DNA of 27,072 bases from contig MU006017.1 in NCBI GenBank assembly GCA_010093745.1, positions 62,001 to 89,072 of the forward strand. Reading direction: 5' to 3'. Under the pieces are notes generated by a model. That model searched no databases and was not told the origin of the DNA. It saw only the letters and a list, made by a program, of their open reading frames with translations. Source of the stretch: Piedraia hortae CBS 480.64 (lineage: Eukaryota). Positions 11,904 to 22,300 of this stretch are shown here, piece by piece. Each line of letters opens with the position of its first letter. The stretch's first letter is position 1. The position numbers and the translations under genes are program-made.

Positions 11904-12254
11904 GTAGGAGGTATCGCTGACTTGCTATGCAAGTGCCCCGCATACGCGCTAGCGGCGATACATGAATCCAACAAGTTTAGGGATGTGTTTGCTCCTCCCG
12001 GCCTGCACTGACCCGATTCACTTAAGACGTCACTCGAACGATTTAATCAGACGCCTCAGTCTCGCCAAGCCTACGCCCTTCGATCAGATCGAAGCAACCG
12101 GGAAATTGAGGAGAGAAACCGAGAAATCAGAGATGAACAACACCACAGAAAATTGAAAAAACATGATCACCCGAAACCGGTCATGCCCATATTCCAGAGG
12201 GCTAGTTGAAATCGAAGCCTAAGAATCCTTTCCGCAGCTCTGCAATACGATACC

Positions 12255-12621
12255 TGTGAAAAGAGATGGAAAAAGTGTAAGTGTAGTCTGTGAAAAAGAC
12301 AGATAGTATGTATGAGTGAGAACGATGGATGGAAAGTAGAGATGTGTTTTTATGAGTGAATACAAGTGTATCTACGAGGGGACATCAGAGAATATGTTCT
12401 GGGCTGGAAGGCCCGTGCGTAGCCTCGTATGAAGAGTCACCAATTGTATGACCATAAGCAAGTGGTCATACATGCAGTAAGACTGTCAGCATGCAGTCTT
12501 ACTCCATGACTCACCTCATAACAGTAGCAGGGCGCATTCACCATGTCGCATGCGACATGACCCTGAGGGAAACCTCTGTGAGGACAAAACCTAGGGTGCA
12601 GCTGCTGGTGTAAGAGGTGTC
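12255..12621 (+). mobile_element. Hairpin-rich repeat, copy C (5' end uncertain)
   Basis: Colinear with copy A from about 12298 to GGTGTC at 12621, with an extra ~90 nt structured insert at 12428-12520. Confidence 0.6.
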
Positions 12622-12832
12622 GCGCAGTGGCATCGTACACTGATAGCGACGAGACTTCATGCCAACAGTCTGCAACCTACGAACATCTTGGACTCATTTA
12701 CATAGGTGTCGCTGTGCGGATATTATGCATGCCCTCAATCCCCATCGCCATGAGAATAGCCCACATGGTATCGGCGACTCTCCTTTTGCACCATGAATTT
12801 ATGTAATGTTGCCAGCCTAGTACACGTACACC

Positions 12833-13255
12833 ATGAAGTCCTACAAGGGGCTGATTTCAAAACCAAACAGTAAAGTTGCCAGCAGGCTCATCAGCTTCAG
12901 CCGCAGAGTTTCTGGGAGGTCCAGCATACCTTCTGGCTCTCACGATTTCATCATCGATTCCCTCATGCCATGCGGCTGCCAACCTCCAAAGCTCTGCCTA
13001 CCAGACTTTGATGACTCATGGAAAGAAAATGTCTGTGCTGAGCTCAATCAAGTCGTCAATAATCGGTATACATCCAATGGCGCAGACAAAGACTCAAGTG
13101 GCTTGTTTCATATTGATGGGTCGGCCAGTCTTTGCCTTGTTGAGGGACTTCTCGTGAAGGACAGAACCCTAACCCTGATTTACCCCATGCATATCTTTCC
13201 GCAGCAGTATATTCGTTCAAGGAAAAAGCCAGCGACCGATCGGAAGAGAAGGTAG
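12833..13255 (+). CDS. Small hypothetical protein (140 aa), paralog Y1
   Basis: ATG in a CACCATG context. The N-terminus (MKSYKGLISKP) and the PPKLCLPDFDDSWKE motif recur in a broken copy at 13773-14554. Confidence 0.5.
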   Translation: MKSYKGLISKPNSKVASRLISFSRRVSGRSSIPSGSHDFIIDSLMPCGCQPPKLCLPDFDDSWKENVCAELNQVVNNRYTSNGADKDSSGLFHIDGSASLCLVEGLLVKDRTLTLIYPMHIFPQQYIRSRKKPATDRKRR

Positions 13256-13772
13256 AATCATGATGATCTGTTCAGATATGGAGCGAAATAGAGAATGTAG
13301 ATGATCTTTGTTAAGCCAAGTAACAGAAAAAGTACACAGACGGGGATTCAACATCGAAGACATACCTGTATTAATTTAGTCTTCTCCATGCCGATCGTAA
13401 GCTCCACCATATCTCATCTCAGAGCTTCATCAAGCACCTACCACCCCAGAGCAATATACTTATGCTTCAGAGTACTGGGGATATGGCAGATACATCGCCG
13501 CTCACGATTTCTTTGCTCAACATGTCTTCGGGTGAAATGAGGTGAACAAGTATAACTAAGGTTCATGCTTTACCCGGTCAAAGTCCATGCGGCAATTTTG
13601 ACATCCATGCGATCGACCCGAGTGCATCTGAATGTACTTCCTCCACGTAGGAAAACTTCGTAGCCATAAGAAAAGCCAGCATGGATCCATTGACTTTTCA
13701 TCCTTCATTTTCTCTTCTTCTGCAAACAGAAACTTTAACATTACCAACAAAACACTGTCAAAATTCCTAAAG

Positions 13773-14554
13773 ATAAAGTCATGCAAAGGACTTGTCTCTA
13801 AGCCCATCATCAAGGTGGCGAACAAGGTTGTCAGCTTCGGCCGCAATGCAATGGACAACTTTCAGTCCGGTCCGCAAAGCTGCGGGAAATGCCAGTCCCA
13901 GCAACAAGGCTTAAGGAAAACCCGACACTCCCTCCAGCTCCAGCGATTCCAAAACCACACCCAATGTCGGAGAGGTTAACCTCCGAGGACTAAAGTGGAA
14001 CGTAGATCAAAGACAAATGTGTGCACTCAACTCTGAGGAAAAGGTGAATGTCGATGTCTATCTCTATATGAGGTGAGGTTCGAAAACTTCTCCACACTAC
14101 CTCAGTCTAACCGCATTCGCCAGGACAACGTCAGTGAACCATGCCCTTAAGCATGAGCCAGACAATGACACGTCTCTGGGAAACTTCCCCTATAGAGATA
14201 AAACCCCTGAGAAGTATTGACTTCTAGCTAGGGTTCTGATCATGGTGGGTGTCACATTCGACACCCAACCCCGAAGAGTTCAACTTTGAACGCTTCACGT
14301 CATGCGACCCACACCCGCCGAAAATATGCCTTCCTGACTTCAACGACTCCTGGAAGGAGGTCTGTGCCACGATGGATCGTGTGATTCATGATCTGGGAAC
14401 ACCCAGCGGCGTGAGCGGAAATTTGACTGCCTCATCTCAGCTCCAATGGCAGCTAGATTTCTGCCCAGAAGTCAAGTTTCGCGCGGAAAAGAGGAGCTTC
14501 GCTTGCGCACACCCTCTCTTCTGCGTTTCCGCTAGCGTGAGCTTATCGAAGTAG
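13773..14554 (+). pseudogene. Paralog Y2 of 12833-13255, interrupted by repeat copy D
   Basis: IKSCKGLVSKPIIKVANKVVSFGR (ATA in place of ATG) lies before the insert and PPKICLPDFNDSWKEVCA after it. Probable frameshift near 13860 and TAA at 13912. Confidence 0.75.
13965..14256 (+). mobile_element. Hairpin-rich repeat, copy D (292 bp, TGTCGGAG...GTGTCACA)
   Basis: Inverted match to copy B, TG...CA ends, and it sits inside pseudogene Y2. Confidence 0.75.
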
Positions 14555-15029
14555 GGAGGAGATGAGCAAGGACAAGAGGATCACGAGTTATGACTATGGA
14601 TTTAAAGACGAGCTGACTAAGAGAAAATGGATGGACGACCCTTAGATACGACACAAACGGCGATGATGGACTATGGCGGATAGATAGAGGGCGTTTTGCT
14701 TAAGAGCATGACCGTAAGGTAACTCAATAACTGTATCCCTCTTCCCGAGCCTCAGATCTTGGTTGAAGGACGTTTTGCTGTTACAGTGTGTGCAAACTAT
14801 GATTTTTTGGTGTGAGTGGTGCATGGCCATATGACGGTAGTTTCCGTTTCATGAATTTGTTAGAAACAGTCAGTGGAGTTGCGAATCAACTACGAGAAGG
14901 CATGGATAGGAAAAGGGGACAGATGTGCTCAACATCGAAAACATGCTTGGCTAGAAATGTGACGTGATATGCCTCACTGTTACGAAATGCTCCTGTTCCC
15001 TCGCAACAATGTCCTTAAAATCCGTTGAT

Positions 15030-15720
15030 TGCGTCTATTTGTTTAGTATTAGTCGCAGCATCCCGACGATGATTGGTGAACTCTTCCATGGCGGAGACCG
15101 TTTCGACAAAATTCGGAGAGAAGCATCGTGCGCCTCGGTAGAGCAAACAACGTGATAAGAACTGCAATATTTATAGCCATTATGAAGACGCTCCCACGCC
15201 AGATTCCCCATAGGCCGCAATGACTCCCATGCCATATCCAGCCGATCCACTGAGTGCAACTGCAACGGTTGGAAAGTCCACTGATGAACAGATCGTTCTC
15301 CAATATACTGTCGCAATCAGCACATGGCCGAGAAGCAGAAAGATGACGTAAATCTTGAAAGCGAGCGCTCGTGCATTCAAGTACAAAGAGGTGCTCGCAA
15401 TCACCCAATACACTCTGTAATCAATTTGACCACCATGGTAGGGGAACTTCGGTATCAACAGCCACTCAAGCAAACATTGGCCAGCAAATATGGCTAGTGT
15501 GTGGCTCAACATAGTTGAGACGCTTCTGCCCATAAGACACTGTACAGTCCCAACGTGAAATAGAAATAGCCGCGCAACATGCCGTATGTTACAAGCGCCA
15601 TGAGTTGAATTGACGCCAAAAAGGCTCTGCCTCTGGCTGAGGCTGGCTGAGTGAGGATTTTGATGTGCTTGTCTATCATGGTGCAATCGAACTTGTCTTC
15701 TGTGGAACAGTCGGTGTTGT
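15030..15720 (-). pseudogene. Possible frameshifted multi-pass membrane protein remnant
   Basis: Hydrophobic helices are spread over three overlapping minus-strand frames (ORFs 15506-15751, 15180-15800, 15049-15408). Family not recognised. Confidence 0.3.
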
Positions 15721-16922
15721 CTATGGTGTGTGTTAGATGGAAAGCAGACAAACTCTGAAGTGGATCTGATAACCCAAATCTTATTCAGCGTGGTGGTCAC
15801 CCAGAATATTCGACGAGCACAACTCTTTGCCAGCTAACAGCTGTAACATGCCACGCATTAGGCACATCGCGAATGTATCAACTCATGAAAGCGAAAGTCG
15901 GACGAATCGTAAGAAACAAAAAGCTAAAGTTGCCCCTATTGCCAGTGTAATGACACCCCAACTCGGCTGAATTCAGTATCCTTCATACACACGCCCAACT
16001 CGTCAAAAGAGTCCCAGGCCACGGTTGCTCAAATGCCAATTTCAGAAGCCAGTAAATCCCACACGAACAAACAGATAATCGCTGTAGAGACCTTCAAGAC
16101 AGCGGCACAGATCAAAGTATTGATGCCCACAGAAGAGTCAAAACCACCAAGTCATCCACCTTCAAGAAAAGCGCACCAAAGAGTCGCTACGACGATGACA
16201 AGAGGCTATCATTACCGCCATTGCAATAACAACAAATGGCCGGTGTTTTCGAATTTCCCTCCCGAACATGAGTCTGAAATTGTACAACAGGACGCTCCCA
16301 CCAACCTGAGTCGGTCCCACGTCCATTCTGAGCAGTAGTGACTGATATATAGTGAATAGCATGAGATACCGCGAGTCGGTAACTCTGAGTCCAACTGGGT
16401 TCCTGTGGGAGTGTAGATCCAGTGCAAAGGCAGCGTACAAGCATACTAGGCCCAAGAAGAGACTGCTGGTTGGTCTCTGGGTGTCGGCTGCATGTGTGCT
16501 ACGAGCTGGATAGAGAGCGTTGGCTTGGTAAATGATTGCTGTATTGTACCTTTCTAAGGTGATCAAATGCCTTAAGATTTGTGGATGATTGTTCAGGTGA
16601 ATAACGCTTTTTGGTACATTCAGTGATTCCATAGTGAAAGAAGACATGTAGGGGAAAAGTGGACCTATCACGAAGCTGACACCGTTAGTAGCAGAGATAA
16701 GACAATCGTGTGATAGATAACTTAGCTACAGCTTACTAATTCCTAGACAGGTAAGTCCGATTCTGAATACAGAGACAAGATGTCCGGTAAGTAATCCATA
16801 CACAACGTTGATACATCATGGAGCTCTGCTGTTATAGTTGTCTTCCAGTTTGCATTCTTCATAAAAATGACGCCTGGTGACATGTCCAAAAGACTATGAA
16901 ATTTGGTACAATTTCAACTGGG

Positions 16923-18119
16923 CTACAGCACTTTTTGAAATGTATTTCCTTTGGCCTGAAGTCTCCTTGCGTGTACCCAGGCCCATTTAGGAGAGCGTGG
17001 CAGTGCGTTGGGATCATGATTCAACGCCAGAGCCAGCGCGGCAAAATTCATAACCCTCATCTCTTCAAAACGCATAAAGAGCATCTTGGCGAGAGCTAGC
17101 GAGAATTTCCAATTGCGATTGTCATCCTGGGTATTCATCCAAGAGATTATAATCTCATCTGCAAAGTAGGATGAAAGAATAGCGGCAGTCATCTCATCGT
17201 ACCGCATCATTAGGTCCGTAATTTCGTCAATGGTACCTTTGGCGAGTGCAAAATCTCCCGCCTTAAACTCAACCCAGTAGTATTTGTATAGCGCACCAAA
17301 TACGTTATGGTGCAGTAGGTGTCTGAGTTCGATTTCGGATTCATCTTTCAAAATTGACAGAACAGCTGTGGCAGCCCAACGTCGCGACGAAAGCGGCAAG
17401 GACTCAAGCATCTGCACCCACCGAGCCGAAATCACCTTTAGACCTAAGATTTCAATACCGTGATGTTTGTAGACGCTGGAGATAGCTTGAAAGATGTGCA
17501 CATGAGCCTCCTCGTTATCTTTGTTACTTATAGCGTCCGTATAGTTGAGGTGCATGAGCCTTTGGAGTGAAGTGATCCAAAAGTAGGAATGCTCCTTAAT
17601 CCAATCCATTGGGTTTTCAAAGATGTAGCTAAAGGTCCGGGCCATATTAAGCTTCGTATCTATCCTGTCTCTCAGCTGGATGTTCGGTCGTTCCATCACA
17701 TGACTAGTGCGGATTAATACGTTCTTGGTAGCAGTCTTCCCGATTACAAGATCCCTGTATTCGACTCCAGTACGAACTAGAACACCTATTAGGAAAACCA
17801 CGGTTGCAAGTCCGCTGCAATTATTTGGTTGGCACATCTTTAGCTCGTCAATGCAATCAAATATCTGGGAGGATAGAATCTCTTCAGCAGCTGATTCTTG
17901 GCATTCACTAACCGCCGCTATCAAGATCCTCACAAGGTCAGTCTCGATAATCGGATCATGATACGATGGCGGCGTTAAGAGGAATAAACAATGGCTCAAT
18001 CCACCGTCGAGAATAAAGTTCAACATTTGGTCAAGCGCATTCGAGGATGGTTCATGTAGCGCTTCCTCGGCAGCTTCTATGAATTCGAGAGGATCGCTGG
18101 GCCATAGCTGAAAGGGCAT
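16923..18119 (-). CDS. Armadillo-repeat protein, highly diverged importin-alpha-like (398 aa)
   Basis: Longest intact ORF in the island. Helical repeats are colinear with recalled importin-alpha ARM1-7, e.g. FLIGVLVRTGVEYRDLVI vs WALGNVAGDSxxYRDYVL and QAISS...RWVQML...AVLSIL vs WAISY...RLVELL...AVGNIV. Confidence 0.65.
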   Translation of the reverse strand: MPFQLWPSDPLEFIEAAEEALHEPSSNALDQMLNFILDGGLSHCLFLLTPPSYHDPIIETDLVRILIAAVSECQESAAEEILSSQIFDCIDELKMCQPNNCSGLATVVFLIGVLVRTGVEYRDLVIGKTATKNVLIRTSHVMERPNIQLRDRIDTKLNMARTFSYIFENPMDWIKEHSYFWITSLQRLMHLNYTDAISNKDNEEAHVHIFQAISSVYKHHGIEILGLKVISARWVQMLESLPLSSRRWAATAVLSILKDESEIELRHLLHHNVFGALYKYYWVEFKAGDFALAKGTIDEITDLMMRYDEMTAAILSSYFADEIIISWMNTQDDNRNWKFSLALAKMLFMRFEEMRVMNFAALALALNHDPNALPRSPKWAWVHARRLQAKGNTFQKVL

Positions 18120-18268
18120 CTTTTCGATCAGTGTTGCTATCTATGTGCATTAGCGAGTTATGTTCCAGCGAGAGTTGTGTTGGTGAGATTATCGATCGTT
18201 AATCAGCACGCGACTTTTGTTTGGGGGGTTGGGTCGGAAGGAGTGGCCCTCCGGACACATAGAACAAC

Positions 18269-18687
18269 TGTCGGAGGATAGGACAGGCAATGGTGTGTGG
18301 TGCACATATGCGTGCGACTATGTGCGTATATGTAAGTATCGAGGTGAAGTGGTGAGGTGAAGTGCGGAACTTCACCTCACGCTAACCCAGGTCTAGCCGT
18401 ATTCACCAAGACCACGTCACCGAGCACGCACAGTAGTAAATATAGGAATGAGAAGTGATATGAAGGACAATGTTGTTTTTTGCTACCCCTTTTTCTAAGA
18501 CTCTAGAGGAGATGAGGTTACAAGTCACCCTAGCCCTATCGGGACTGGCTCCCGACTAACATCAACACACAGAGCATGAACGGCACCGTGCCTCGTCCCA
18601 GGGGAAACCTTCTCCTATGGAGGTATGAACCCCGAGAAGCATTAATCTCTATCTAAGCTCGCAGATGCGACCTGGCTGTATACTACA
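18269..18687 (+). mobile_element. Hairpin-rich repeat, copy E (419 bp, TGTCGGAG...CTACA)
   Basis: Same first 8 nt as copy D. 18353-18423 aligns to 14070-14137 and 18574-18655 to 14151-14230. Carries a ~140 nt extra segment. Confidence 0.6.
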
Positions 18688-19399
18688 TGAGAGGGTTTAC
18701 CGTCTCACTCTTTGAGCACCACAGGAAAGGAATGACGAATGGAACAGTAAAGGGAGGGAGGAGGTGGGCAAAGACGAAAACTAGTGGCTGGTACCTTATT
18801 GTAAACTGAGACCCACCAAGGAGACGCTCAGCCTCCGCTCTAGAGCTCAGTAGCTTTACCCCTGCTGAGGTGCGAAAGCTCAGTAAAGTTACCCCAGTTC
18901 CAGTTTTATTTGATAACATGCAGCTCCTCGACAGCTCCTCGACAGCTCCAAGAGAACATGACAGATCTATGACAGCTGTCATCGAGAGCACATTTGCCAC
19001 GTCACATTATGATCACGACCCATAAAGACCCACATGGGAGTAAACTAGGGAATTCCTGAGATGCGTTCTCTTGTGTTAATAGCATCGTGGATTTATGCCA
19101 ACGAGGAATCGACGATAGTCTCTACTTGTAGCCAGCCTTTCTTGACCCCAGTTAACGAGGTTCCTGGCAAACTTGGCGAGCACCAGCCCGCGGACCTCGA
19201 ACTCCGAGGCATGCATTCGAGGGCTGTGTGTATGTTCATCCCAGCTGCTGGGCAGCTGCTTTCTCACATATAATCTCCATTCTGTTAATCTCTTGTCAGA
19301 CTTTTGCCAAGAAAAGTTGTGCGTCAGGCCAAGAGACCCCACAAGCGAATTTACCCCACAGCGGAATTTAGTCGCAAAGCATGTTAGGTGTATCATATG

Positions 19400-19720
19400 A
19401 ACAGGAAAAACATTTGCTCGTGTTTCCCAATAATACCGCAAAAGCTTGATCCGACTTGGCAACAGATCTTGTCTGCTACCCATGGCGCCGAGTCGGAGGA
19501 GCGCCGACGCCGCCTGAGCGATTGAGGGTTTTCTCCCCTGAGCAGGTCGGAAGTCTGGATGGCGATTCTTTGCTCATATTCGATGAACATTAGTATTGTC
19601 CGCCGTCTGGCCAACATGTTTGGGCTAGAGGCCCACTGGTAGAAGAGTTCCCCACTGCGTGCACACTTTTGATCAACCCTTCAAACGCGAGTAGCACTAT
19701 ACTCTGGAGGGCGAACTAGA
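19400..19720 (+). pseudogene. Decayed paralog Z1 of the 22899-23777 gene
   Basis: QILSATHGAESEERRRRL...VRRLANMFGLEAHW* vs SVLASITTAGAQERCYRL...LRRVVNMFGPEAHLQ. Clear nucleotide match 19601-19635 vs 23496-23530. Confidence 0.65.
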
Positions 19721-20111
19721 CCGGAGGCCGCTTAATGCCGTAAATTGACGGGGCAGCATACCGTAATTCAATGACGAAGTACTGAACCGCTCTTGGCACC
19801 CACACTGAATGATCCCATAAATAAAAAGAGGATACGACTCACAAGCTAGGACGAGACCGGACATATCTCAGAGTGGCAGGGAGCAGGGAAAGGGTGTGGG
19901 GTCACAATCTCCACACTCATCATGCATTCACACCATCGGCGTTGAGGAAAATTCCAGAATCATAACGACGGAGTCCCCAGGTAACGTTTGCATCATTCAC
20001 GGGGGTCCTATCTGGCTGAACGCAGGTTCCTTGACTTTTACTCACACAACCTTCTTCCAAACACAACTCTCCAAGAACGCCAGCAACGAGAACGCCGTAA
20101 CACTCATCGTC

Positions 20112-20662
20112 ATGTCCACGAACGACCCATCTGCTACTCCGTCCGGCACTCCAACTCTTGTGGGTTTTTTGGAGCTGGTGTTTCCGTGCTAGTCCAGTGA
20201 CGGCAATGGTATTGATGCCATCACCCTCATCTTTAGATAACTAACCCTTTTACAGCAGCCAAGACACCGGCGCCGGATCTTGAGCTCGTGCGCAACTAGT
20301 ACTTCTTCGTCCGCGTGGGGCGAGAGCTTGCCGCAATTACAAACCTGAAGAGCGGGCTAGACGTTATCAGTGGCAACAGCGACGCCAATAGTGACGCTCG
20401 CCTCATTGCCATGCCTGCCAGGTATACCGGGTGGGAGAGAGCTCGTGGCGATGGCTCGGGCCACGTGGACCGATACGAGTGCGGCCACCCGAAAGGATGT
20501 TTTCGCAGTGCACCAGACTTTGTCCACCACTTGAGCCAAATGCTGCTCCATGAGGGCAGCACGGTCGTGTCTTCATGCACGCGTTGTCAGCAAGATACTG
20601 CAGTTCTGGGCCCTGGCGTAGAGGGCCATTTCGTAGACTGCGGTCGCGAAAATAATTCTTAG
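20112..20662 (+). pseudogene. Clr2 N-terminal (Clr2_transil-like) domain pseudogene; exons 20112-20208 and 20256-20662
   Basis: SDG motif, then MPARYTGWE...DRYECGHPKGCFRSAPDFVHHL...CTRC, matching the recalled LPxGY..D.YxxGHP.G..FRS..F..HL..CxxC pattern. In-frame intron 20209-20255. TAG stops at 20190 and 20297. Confidence 0.75.
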
Positions 20663-21747
20663 GCAACGCTAGATCTTTTTGATCCACATTTAGGTCTAAT
20701 TCATCTCTCACCGGTTCAGTTGCAACCGTCTTGACTAGACTAGTGTCTGTAGTCGTTGCTTGCGAACATTTGAAACATTGAAAATCTGTACGGGCGTGCT
20801 CGCTTGCTTTTAAAACATGATGGTCGACTGATTGCCCAATTCACTGTCTTCTTCGAGTGAAAACTTGCGACTGGATATTGCAAGTTGAGAGATGCACTTC
20901 AGTTGGTTTCAGTGTACACTGTTCATGAGAACAGAGCATGCGCTACGGCAAGAAGCTTACCAAACATATCAGGCTACGCTCGAAACTTAGACGAGGCGGC
21001 AAGTCTCTACCATCTGAAAACAGTCCTGACAAGCTTATAGGAGGAGAGTGAAAAGACAATGAAACATTGTAAGAAAAACCAATGGAACTCAAGCGCAAAG
21101 CGAACAATGCGAAGTTGATGTGTTGAGGTGCCACGTCGCGGACCATGCTATCCATATAACTGTGTTGTGCCTTACGGAAGAGCTAACTACGCTATGTGCT
21201 GGAGGTGAGGTATCGGGTCACGTGGCTGCGATATCGTTCCGTGACATGAGGTCTAGCAAACAACACTGATAAAAGCTGCCGTTACGTTAAGAAATTGTTT
21301 GGATGGACTTGGCTAGGAAGAGCATAGGTGGTGCCCTATTGAGATAGCTTGATCGAACGATTGCATATGCGAGCTCACTCGACCCCCACAATATCTATTT
21401 ATTCGACGTTACAAGCCGAAGATTTGTCGCGCACCCGAAGAGAAGGTCAAGAAAGCCTTTTCAGCACACGACCTCACTATTTGTGTATTAAATTAAACCT
21501 CGAAGAACAAGCAAAAAACTCCAACTGCCCCAACATAGTGCTGATATCTCTTAATGGTTGCTTAAAGGCCTGAGATAAATCTTAAGACATCCCAGAGCTT
21601 CTGCCTTCGCGGATGAATTTTCACCAGACGAGGCACGGACCACTAAATCTTGCGGCGCGTGCACCACAATGACGTAGTCTTGGCCACCAGTTTCAGCTGG
21701 CGCGAGAGCAGGGACCATCGCTCTACACGTGCGTTTTCAATTAGCTT

Positions 21748-21794
21748 TGCATACGCGCGCGCGCACGCACGCACGCACGCACGCACGCACACGT
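21748..21794. repeat. (CG)n/(GCAC)n microsatellite, alternating purine-pyrimidine tract
   Basis: TGCATACGCGCGCGCGCACGCAC...CACACGT, directly visible. Confidence 0.95.
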
Positions 21795-21919
21795 CAGATT
21801 ATTTGGTGGGCAATGGTGTGTGAGGCACATGTATGTGTGGCTATGTGTGTGTGTGTATGTTGAGGTGGTGTGGTGAGGTGGAGCGCGAAACTTCACCTCA
21901 CGCTAATCCAGCTCTAACC
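21792..21919 (+). mobile_element. Hairpin-rich repeat, copy F (3'-truncated)
   Basis: 21810-21919 aligns with 18287-18398, including the GTGAGGTG...CACCTCAC hairpin. Confidence 0.65.
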
Positions 21920-22300
21920 CTTTCTTGGCGATTAAGAAACCTGCAGGAGATCACGAGCTTATGCGCAACGATGCGTATCTCCTCATCCGTATTGGGCAAT
22001 CCCTGTCACTCGCCGACCGTTGAAACGCTTCTACCTCGCCTGACGCCCTGTTGGCCAGCCAGCTGCCGCTGACAAACATGGATGGATGAAGTCGAAGCCG
22101 AAACATATAACGAGTCCTGCTGTCAGCCGCCAACCATGGCAGTTTATGTTGTTTGTCCAACAGCGATGCTGTGTATACCGAATGGGAGAATGCCCGCAAT
22201 GATGACTCCGGCAACATCGATCGATTTGTGTGCGGGCACCCCAAGAGCTGTTTCCGCATGAGTCGGATGTTTGTGCTCGAGCGAGGTCACAATTTTGGGC
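21914..22300 (+). pseudogene. Second Clr2 N-terminal-like pseudogene, 5'-truncated
   Basis: KPAGDHELMRNDAYLLIRIGQSL and YTEWENARNDDSGNIDRFVCGHPKSCFR align with the 20112 copy. Retains the intron remnant CTAACCCTTT. Confidence 0.7.

Noticed and set aside
14073..14087. GGTTCGAAA B-box-like motif suggesting a tRNA or SINE
   Set aside because: No cloverleaf or A-box, it is located mid-element, and it is not conserved in copies C, E and F.
11609..14256. Copies B and D read as terminal inverted repeats of one 2.6-kb DNA transposon
   Set aside because: No transposase lies between them, more copies occur elsewhere, and D independently interrupts a gene that extends past it.
11292..21919. CRISPR-like or other regularly spaced array
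   Set aside because: The repeats are long, irregularly spaced, in both orientations and in a fungal context.
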